A stretch of 64,000 nt of DNA, taken from positions 68,787 to 132,786 of IMG/VR virus record IMGVR_UViG_3300025015_000014, one strand, 5' to 3'. Each line of letters starts with the position of its first letter. Within the stretch, counting starts at the first letter, position 1. Positions 51,200 through 58,183 of the stretch are shown here, in pieces. This DNA comes from a virus. The notes under the pieces are model-generated. The model was given only the letters and a program-made list of their open reading frames with translations. It made no database searches and was not told the origin of the DNA. Position numbers and translations under genes: made by a program.

Positions 51200-51245
51200 T
51201 CGGCAGACCCGACAAGACTGTTTCACCTGTTCGGGTCTAATGTTT

Positions 51246-51346
51246 GGGGCACGCGAGAAGAAAGGCTGTTTTTGCACTCTTCCTGTAATGGTAAGAAGTG
51301 GGCGTTTTTCACACCCGGCTTGTTAGCCTTTCCGATTGCGTGCCTT
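51246..51346 (-). ncRNA. Y-RNA-like RNA C (no tRNA core)
   Basis: GGCACGC-AATC-GGAAAGGCT / AGCCTTTCT-TCTC-GCGTGCC. Confidence 0.7.
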
Positions 51347-51348
51347 AG

Positions 51349-51479
51349 TGGGGTTGCTAGGATTCGAACCTAGATTGCTTGTATGCCTTTGCGGGTGTTC
51401 CCCCGAAGAGGAACGAGAACAAAGGCGGTTGTTTTGCTTCATTATGTTTGAAGTGCCTTTTCCATTAGGCTACAACCCC
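51349..51479 (-). ncRNA. tRNA-like RNA F with permuted Y-like helix in the variable arm
   Basis: GGGGTTG/CAACCCC acceptor, loop AACATAA, insert GCCTTTGT-TCTC-GTTCC-hairpin-GGAAC-ACCC-GCAAAGGC, T arm. Confidence 0.7.
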
Positions 51480-51583
51480 ATTGAGGAACTCGGGTTTCAA
51501 GTTGTCAGCCTCCCCGTAGGGAGGAAGCACGACGGGGGAGGCATGAAGCATCCCCAGTACCTACTACTCTAACGCGGCAAGCT

Positions 51584-52480
51584 CTAAGCCGTCAAGATAT
51601 TTGTTGCGATGATTCGGGCGGCTTCGGAAGCCTCAGCCCAGGACAGCTTCTGTCCTCGCGGGGATCCGCCGATACTCTCTCGGCCACCCCAGCCTTCGGG
51701 TGCAAGTTTGGACCAGACGTTCTTGAGCCCGCCAGGTCCGAACAGGGCTTCTGCCTTTTCCGTAGACGGGCACCCCACCGTGATGTTGCCCTGTGGGGTC
51801 AAGGCTACGATTACGGGAGCCACCTCCGCGTACCATACGTCGAACCCCCATACTTCGGACTCCAGACAGGCAACCTTGCCGAAAACTTCCCTTCGCACAA
51901 AGGAACGGGCTTTGATCACCCGTTCCGCCTCTTCAGCCTTGACCGCTTCAATCAAAGCCTTTGGGGTGCGGCTCAACAGGGATCGCCATCTTGACACCCC
52001 TGCGTAGAATTCCAAGGCATCCTGTGTCGAACCTCCTGTTTGGTTCCACAGAAGAAGCAGGCACCCTTCCGGGGTTTCTTCCTGTCGGATACCAATGGGA
52101 TTCGTGTCCACTTGATTGATCAAAGTGGTCAACGTCAAGAGGTCGCGGGTCATTGAAGTCCGAACTGGCGGGGGTGCCTTTTCGAACTCCCCAACCCGTG
52201 AGGGGTGGGGAAGCAATCCTGCCAGAGAGGCGATGCAGAAACAGGCATCCGCATCAGCGGCCCCCGTCACAACGAAGCTGGGGTCTTCCCGTCGAACCCC
52301 AAAGTGATCCCGATAGGCCCTGAGGGCTACACCCTCAAGGTGTGAGAAGGAACCGTGATGGTCCATCTCCAAAGGACCAACCACGCTTCCATGTTCCCCA
52401 AAGGAACACTCGATGGGTTCCCAGCCTGCGGCAGCTAGTTCGCGGGCTTCTTCAATCTCGTTCGTGTGTTTGATTCGCAT
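51584..52480 (-). CDS. DHH-like phosphoesterase-related protein
   Basis: MDHHG, ADAD, WGGRESIGGSPR. Confidence 0.55.
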   Translation of the reverse strand: MRIKHTNEIEEARELAAAGWEPIECSFGEHGSVVGPLEMDHHGSFSHLEGVALRAYRDHFGVRREDPSFVVTGAADADACFCIASLAGLLPHPSRVGEFEKAPPPVRTSMTRDLLTLTTLINQVDTNPIGIRQEETPEGCLLLLWNQTGGSTQDALEFYAGVSRWRSLLSRTPKALIEAVKAEEAERVIKARSFVRREVFGKVACLESEVWGFDVWYAEVAPVIVALTPQGNITVGCPSTEKAEALFGPGGLKNVWSKLAPEGWGGRESIGGSPRGQKLSWAEASEAARIIATNILTA

Positions 52481-52739
52481 GGTTTTTCGTGCCTCCTGCC
52501 GTATAGACGTGCTGCCCTACGAGCATCTGACAGTTGCCGACTAAAAAGTTTGTGGTGGTCTGGATTCTCCAAAAGTCCCGCCCGGGTCTGGCCGGGGGAC
52601 GTTTTCGGAGGTCTTGCTGCACCCCACTGACTTCAGACAGCCTTCGAGGCAAAGCGATCCAGCACCCTCTCCCGATCCCAAGTTTGGAACAGGCTTCTTG
52701 GTACCAGTCGCCTGAACTACCCTTGGGATACCACCACAG

Positions 52740-52811
52740 ACGCGGGGACGGGAATCGAACCCGTGTAGCTCAGGTTATGAGCCTGATGCCTGGCCTCTAG
52801 GCTACCCCGCA
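52740..52811 (-). tRNA. tRNA-Met(CAT), initiator-like acceptor
   Basis: TCAGG CTCATAA CCTGA; TGCGGGG acceptor. Confidence 0.8.
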
Positions 52812-53037
52812 CTAGATTTGGTGCTCTCAGGATCGAACCCGGCTGAGAGCACCGGGGCACCGTAAAAACCCCGCCGAGGCTTCGGGGGCCTGGAACCAAT
52901 AACGCCGACTCTCGACAGACCATCCCAGGAAATGTTTTGTCTATCGGTCACTGTCGGTCACACCAGAGGGGCTAGCAAGGCCCCATACTTCCCCCTTCGG
53001 CGGGGGCTGGCGCTACACCTGCTCACCAAATTAAAAT

Positions 53038-53440
53038 GCAGGTCGGGGTGCCGTGCGTCGGCACCAGACGCCCTACTCCAGTAGTTTCCCTCGCAGTGCC
53101 AGTTTCGAACATCCTGGATGCTTTTCCCGGCACGCGCTTCCCGTCCGGAATGGGACTTGCCAGAGATCATCGGGTATTTCCCCAGGCATATCTGCCTTTA
53201 CCTCCACCCTGCCCAAAAGGACACGGCTTCTACGGCAAAGACTTAGAGCGTGCCGGGGGAAACTAGTACAAAGTATTGAGGAGGTTTTCCTACTCCTCAC
53301 CGGGTCGAGCCTTGTCCCGGAGGCCAGTCCTGTGAATTCGCAACCGTTATTGAGAACTGCTTGGAGTTTCCCCCAAGTCCCATCTGCGGGGGAGGTACAG
53401 TGTCCGGTTGCTACAGGACAAGGTCAGCTCCCCTACCTGC
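53038..53440 (-). ncRNA. ~400-nt multi-pseudoknot RNA
   Basis: Terminal helix plus four 8-10 bp long-range complements, some crossing. Confidence 0.65.
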
Positions 53441-53455
53441 TGCTCGGTCTAAAGG

Positions 53456-53806
53456 AAGGTTTCACGGGTGTGCTGCTACGCCAAAGGGGGATTTGGCCTT
53501 ACCCTCTCGGGGGTGCCTCTTCACTTAACCAAGTGCTCCCGGCTGCGCGTTTCGGAGGTTGACTACTTGACGACCACCACCGTTTCTCCGAGCCTGCTTC
53601 CGGTGGAACCCGCCTACTTTCGTCACTTGCTTGGCTGATCTCAATCCCCCGGACATCGCTACCCGTTAATGAGGATTTTCCAAGCCCCCTTACCCTTGCA
53701 GCTTTCTACGGGGAGGTCTGCAAGTACCCTTCTCCCCAACACACACCGCCTTTGCCCCACTCTTTAAAGGATGGCTGCTTCTAAGCCAACCTCCCCGTGG
53801 AACCTT
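53456..53806 (-). ncRNA. RNA containing a split 23S rRNA L11-binding (GTPase-associated centre) mimic
   Basis: GGAGGTTGGCTTAGAAGCAGCCATCCTTTAAAGAGT ... GCGTAGCAGCACAC, closed by CACGGG/CCCGTG. Confidence 0.75.
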
Positions 53807-54256
53807 ATGGGGCTTGTCCGGTCTTTCACTGGACATGTCTCGCTTCTTTTTCCTGCTCCCTCCCTAGCAAGGATCCGTAAGCAGGAAAAAACCAGCCTTG
53901 TTCGCCACGGAGTCCTTCTACAGGAACTTTAATCTACCCGTGGGTCTTGAGGACGAGCAAGCCGAGCCTTCCTGGATTGTCTCCAGGCGCAGCCCCAATT
54001 GTTAGAGGGTGTCCGCTTCATACACGTTGATTCGTTTGCCTCACCCGCTGTCCCCTATGGCAACAAGGAAAACAAACGCTCTCCCTGTCACTGGACCTCG
54101 CCCTGAACAACGGACGGATTCACGGACGTTACCCGGGGATGCCTTTCCCCGACCCAAACTCAGAACTGATTTTCAGAGAACCCTGGTTGGTGTCCTCCAC
54201 CAGCCCTTACAAACCGTCTACTCTAACACAAGCACGCCTAAGCCAGAAATCTTTAG

Positions 54257-54327
54257 AGACACCAACCGGATTCGAACCGGTGTCGCAGGTTTTGCAGACC
54301 TGTGCCTCGCCTCTCGGCCATGGTGTC
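54257..54327 (-). tRNA. tRNA-Cys(GCA)
   Basis: CAGGT CTGCAAA ACCTG. Confidence 0.92.
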
Positions 54328-54328
54328 A

Positions 54329-54405
54329 TGGTCGCAACGCCCGGATTCGAACCGGGGACTTCACGGTTATGGGCCGTGCGTTCTAGCCACCTGAACTACG
54401 TTGCG
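54329..54405 (-). tRNA. tRNA-Met(CAT)
   Basis: CACGG CCCATAA CCGTG; CCA end. Confidence 0.85.
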
Positions 54406-55202
54406 GTTTCGGGTCTCCGCCGGAGATTGGCTTTCACAGTCTGCCGTAAAACACCCAGATCCATGTCCAAGGATTCAGCCAGGGTAAGTAGTGCGGCGCT
54501 GTCCTTAGGGAGGCAAGCCCCGCCAAACCCACGTTGCCCATCCGGACCCGGTACCCTACAGGGGCCGGGTACAACACGAGCTACCACATCATGGGCGGGG
54601 TAAACAACATGCTCGTACTTGACCCCCAGTACCTGACACAGATCGTAGAGGTCATTCCAGAAACCCACCCGGACAGCAAGAAATGTGTTGCAGGCATACT
54701 TGAGAAGTTCGGCTTCCTCCCAGGAACAGAGAACCAAACCAGTCTGAGGGAACCAATCCCGATGAAGCCGGGCGACCCCCTCATCTGATCCTTCGGGGCC
54801 GAATCCCAACACAACCCTCGGGGGAGAGGCAAAGTCCCGTTCAGCCGTTCTGGCCGTCAGGAACTCTGGGCTGAAGATCAAACGGAGCTTCGGAGCTTGA
54901 ACCTGAAGTCGCCGACAACTCCCTGGAAGAACCGTGCTCTTGAGCACCACCGGAAGTGTTGGACCCGGAGTCAACCGATTCAGGGCAGCCAAGGTTTCAG
55001 ACACGGCTGACAAATCCTGCTGTCCCTGTTTGGTGGGGGTAGGGACACAAACGAATACAAGATCCGCTTGGGCTACTTGTTCCAGGGAATGGGTTGACCG
55101 AGTAGGATCCCGATCAAAGACCAAGACCTGCTCCTGTTGGACTGTCATGAAAGCCTTGACGGCTCCCCCAACATATCCGTTTCCGATGATGCCGATCTTC
55201 AT
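54396..55202 (-). CDS. UDP-glucose/GDP-mannose dehydrogenase family protein
   Basis: IGIIGNGYVG, CVPTP, KSTV, SPEFL, KYACN, GFGGACLPKD. Confidence 0.88.
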   Translation of the reverse strand: MKIGIIGNGYVGGAVKAFMTVQQEQVLVFDRDPTRSTHSLEQVAQADLVFVCVPTPTKQGQQDLSAVSETLAALNRLTPGPTLPVVLKSTVLPGSCRRLQVQAPKLRLIFSPEFLTARTAERDFASPPRVVLGFGPEGSDEGVARLHRDWFPQTGLVLCSWEEAELLKYACNTFLAVRVGFWNDLYDLCQVLGVKYEHVVYPAHDVVARVVPGPCRVPGPDGQRGFGGACLPKDSAALLTLAESLDMDLGVLRQTVKANLRRRPETAT

Positions 55203-55234
55203 GGTGCGCCTCCCACTGAGAGACACTACACCAT

Positions 55235-55458
55235 TGGGCTGGGGAGGGGGGGTTCGAACCCCCGAGCAGGTCAAATAGAATCAGCAGGGGGTCCAGGATT
55301 TGAACCTGGGATCGAAGGGTCAGAGCCTTCTGCCTTAGACCACTGGGCTGGGGAGGGGGGGTTCGAACCCCCGAGCAGGTCAAATAGAATCAGCAGGGGG
55401 TCCAGGATTTGAACCTGGGATCGAAGGGTCAGAGCCTTCTGCCTTAGACCACTGGGCT
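55235..55458. repeat. exact 109-bp tandem duplication of tRNA-Gln sequence
   Basis: tgggct recurs at 55235, 55344 and 55453 with identical intervening sequence. Confidence 0.9.
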
Positions 55459-56144
55459 AACCCCCTAACTTTCAGCCATTTACGAACGGCATTGCCTGAC
55501 ACCCCATACTGCCGTCCAGTGGCTTCATAGCCAGCAGTCTGGATTTGAGCCAGTATTTTTTCAATAGGAAGATCCTTCTTTGGCCGTTTCTTTCGTTGTT
55601 CTGCCAAAACGATGGGACGACAACCCGAGCAGTATTTTCTGGTTATCAGTTTGGGTTGCCCGCAACGAGGACAAGGTCGTTGGCGAGTCATTCCGCGACA
55701 GAAGGTTGGCATTGTGGCATCACAATTTGGGCAAAGCACCCGCAGATTTTCTATCCTGTTGTCCGCGTGATTCCCGTTGATGTGGTCTAAACGAAGAGCC
55801 ATGCTTCTGCCGTGCCACCATTCTCCCTGACCGCACTCTTCGCATTCCCGTTTCTTCAAGCCCTCACTGTAAAGACGTTTTTTTAGTTTAGTGCTGTGAC
55901 AGGAGACGTTTTGCTGTAGATATTCTGCAATGGGCTGGCGTCCTTTCAACCCCGCCAATCGAGAACCCTCCCGGCTACCCTTGAAGTGGGCGGTATCCAA
56001 TCCCAATCGGAGGCAAGCTCTTCGGATAGTGGCGTGATTCCCAGAAGCAGATGTCAAACCCAATCGCCGAACAACATCAATTACTGTGATGCTTTCAACC
56101 ACTGCTTTTTTCAAATCCGCCTCTGACCAAGTTCTGTATGCCAT
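55380..56144 (-). CDS. HNH homing endonuclease with HTH-like ends
   Basis: CEEC...LDHINGNHADNRIENLRVLCPNC; reads through tRNA-Gln. Confidence 0.85.
   Translation of the reverse strand: MAYRTWSEADLKKAVVESITVIDVVRRLGLTSASGNHATIRRACLRLGLDTAHFKGSREGSRLAGLKGRQPIAEYLQQNVSCHSTKLKKRLYSEGLKKRECEECGQGEWWHGRSMALRLDHINGNHADNRIENLRVLCPNCDATMPTFCRGMTRQRPCPRCGQPKLITRKYCSGCRPIVLAEQRKKRPKKDLPIEKILAQIQTAGYEATGRQYGVSGNAVRKWLKVRGLAQWSKAEGSDPSIPGSNPGPPADSI
55394..55466 (-). tRNA. tRNA-Gln(CTG)
   Basis: GAAGG CTCTGAC CCTTC. Confidence 0.88.
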
Positions 56145-56240
56145 TACAACCTCCAGATGTAGCATATCAGAACCTGAAAAACCAGGCAACCCAATTCAAT
56201 GCACCGCCAATTGTGCTACTCCCCATTTTTGGGATCAGAG

Positions 56241-56312
56241 AGCGGGAGACGGGGATTGAACCCGCGACCTGAAGTTTGGAAAACTCCTGCTCTACCACTG
56301 AGCTACTCCCGC
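56241..56312 (-). tRNA. tRNA-Gly(TCC)
   Basis: Loop TTTCCAA. Confidence 0.92.
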
Positions 56313-56323
56313 ATATTTCAAGA

Positions 56324-56401
56324 TGGTGCCCTCGCCCGGACTTGAACCGGGAACCTCACGGGTAGGAGCCGTGTGCTCTCATCCAATTGAGCTACGAGGA
56401 C
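56324..56401 (-). tRNA. tRNA-Arg(CCT)
   Basis: CACGG CTCCTAC CCGTG; CCA end. Confidence 0.9.
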
Positions 56402-56406
56402 AATTG

Positions 56407-56781
56407 TGGATCCGCCGGGAGTCGAACCCGGGTCCAGAACGCATTCCTGATCAGGTCCTTCACAGGCTTGTCCGGTGTATTAGTCCCCACATAGCTAGCA
56501 CCGGCACCGCTATGTGGAGGTTCTCGATGCGGAATTCAGTTGGGGCTTTACGAGTTAGCCACCAGTAATCCGCCACCTACGCCCTGTCCGTTTACGCCCC
56601 ATCCGAGAGTCACAGGGTTCCGAGTCTCGGTGGAACGGAGAGGATTAAGCCGCTCGGGCCATCCTCTCGCCTTCGATGTTATCGTTGGCACTTGGTTTTT
56701 GTCACGAGATTTCGGGAGACCGTGACCCCTCCCTGCCTGCACCTTTTCCCTCTTGCGCCCTGTCGAAACCGTTACGGACCC
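56407..56781 (-). ncRNA. ssrA: tmRNA, tag (A)ANDNIEGERMARAA*
   Basis: 5' GGGTCCGTAACGGTTTCGAC; 3' GGACCCGGGTTCGACTCCCGGCGGATCCA with G3-U70; tag ORF 56689-56645. Confidence 0.93.
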
Positions 56782-56789
56782 ATTGGTGG

Positions 56790-57199
56790 GGAGCTTGCCT
56801 GTTCCCGTCCCGACCTACAGGGGACACCAGCCATATTTCAGGCTGGGCCTTTCTGCGGGTCGTCTCCCCTGGACATCCAGATCTCCTATCCACTTTTGGA
56901 TAGCTGGATCGGGCTTTGTCCCCGGTTGTTCACAGGCTTACTTTACCGGGGCCGTTTCATTAAGTGGGAGCCACCCCACAAGGCTGCCGTCAGCCAAGAA
57001 GCACCAGCAAACGACGGCTACACCCGAAACGGAATGCTGGTTATTGCCACTTATTTAGTGTCGGTTGGCGTCGAGAACTCCAGCAAACTGACAAGCCAGC
57101 TAGAACCGACAGGGCCGGGTTGGTTGCCCAACCAGCGCCTCCACCAGCCTGTGTGACATGACCTCCAGATAGGACCATGTCCCTGGGCAACAGGCACCC
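56790..57199 (-). ncRNA. tmRNA-like RNA lacking a tRNA-like domain
   Basis: Terminal helix, CACAGGCT/AGCCTGTG helix-2 equivalent, resume-like TAAATAAGT-GGC. Confidence 0.5.
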
Positions 57200-57274
57200 G
57201 GAGCGGGCGACGGGGCTTGAACCCGCGACATCCGGCTTGGGAAGCCGATACTCTACCAACTGAGTTACGCCCGC
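57200..57274 (-). tRNA. tRNA-Gly(CCC)
   Basis: Loop TTCCCAA. Confidence 0.92.
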
Positions 57275-57362
57275 ATTGGAGGTCGGGGGTCCCTAGGAAA
57301 CCCCCACTCTCCTGTCCAGATTCGGCGGAATCCCTAGCCTGACTGTGGGACAGGCTGCCCAG

Positions 57363-57435
57363 TGGAGCTGATGGGGATCGAACCCACTGCCTCCGGTATG
57401 CAAAACCGGCGCTCTCCCAAGTGAGCTACAGCCCC
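57363..57435 (-). tRNA. tRNA-Ala(TGC)
   Basis: CCGGT TTTGCAT ACCGG; G3-U70. Confidence 0.92.
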
Positions 57436-57507
57436 ATTTGAAAGACACTACCAAATTGTCAAGGAACAGAGTCCCAAGATACTGTGTCTACTCGAAACCC
57501 GCAAGCC

Positions 57508-57876
57508 CTAAGTCTTGCGGTTGAGACCCTGGAGGGGATCATATAGCCGCTCACTCTCCTGTTTGATGTCCGTGCCCGCTCTGCAAAGGACCATGAAAAT
57601 AGCCGCAGCCCAATCCTCGAAACCCCTGACCGGGTGTTCAAGGAGCTTGCAACAAAGGTCAATCTGTTTGAAGGTCCAACTGACGATAATCCGACTCCCT
57701 GGGGTGGAGGCCGAACAAACCGTTGCCCTGTGCAGGAAAGAACCCTCTCCAGGTTGACTCACACTCCGACAATAATCATCGTAGTGGCGCTGGGAATGAA
57801 TAATGAGCAGGTCCAATTCCTCACGGGAGAACTCCAGGACCGCTTCGACTTGGTAATTGAACGCTGTTCGTTTCAT
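57508..57876 (-). CDS. hypothetical protein
   Basis: Preceded by the promoter motif. Confidence 0.6.
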   Translation of the reverse strand: MKRTAFNYQVEAVLEFSREELDLLIIHSQRHYDDYCRSVSQPGEGSFLHRATVCSASTPGSRIIVSWTFKQIDLCCKLLEHPVRGFEDWAAAIFMVLCRAGTDIKQESERLYDPLQGLNRKT

Positions 57877-57915
57877 ACCCTGTCTACTCGAAAAGACCAT
57901 CGGCTAAGCCTGAAT

Positions 57916-57992
57916 TGGTGGGACGAGCCGGGTTCGAACCGGCGACAAACGGATTAAAAGTCCGCTGCTACTACCAACTGAGCTACCGTCCC
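57916..57992 (-). tRNA. tRNA-Lys(TTT)
   Basis: Loop CTTTTAA; CCA end. Confidence 0.92.
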
Positions 57993-58059
57993 GGGGCGGT
58001 ACTGAAAGCCGCCCGTTTTCCACGGTGCAAAGTCATTGCTCGCACCTCCTTTCTACCAG

Positions 58060-58131
58060 TGGAACCTACGGGAGTTGAACCCGTGTTTCAGCCTTGCGAA
58101 GGCTGCGTCCTCCCAATTGGACGAAGGCCCC
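58060..58131 (-). tRNA. tRNA-Ala(CGC)
   Basis: CAGCC TTCGCAA GGCTG. Confidence 0.88.
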
Positions 58132-58183
58132 AGAAGAAACCCTTGTCTCGGATCAACAGCAGGTGCTTGGTAAGATTCGCCGA

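Noticed and set aside
50880-51346. CRISPR array
   Set aside because: The repeated parts are paired 5' and 3' arms of individual RNAs with irregular spacing, and there are no cas genes.
50345-51479. Ordinary tRNA-Gly/Met/Val genes or intron-containing tRNAs
   Set aside because: A and B lack a free acceptor end. E and F have non-canonical anticodon loops (no U33), and their inserts are in the variable arm with no group I or BHB features.
53490-53520. Sarcin-ricin loop mimic (GAGA-capped hairpin)
   Set aside because: It lacks the AGUA/GAA bulged-G motif; a GNRA loop alone is too common.
53759-53794. 23S rRNA gene or host contamination
   Set aside because: Only the L11-binding segment matches; the flanks are not rRNA and the element has its own closing helix.
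54196-54203. E. coli Chi site GCTGGTGG (also near 57140)
   Set aside because: Only two copies noticed, both inside putative RNAs, and the host is unknown.
52958-54386. ORFs 53053-53562 and 54009-54386
   Set aside because: No SD or protein motifs; the region is better explained by extensive RNA base pairing.
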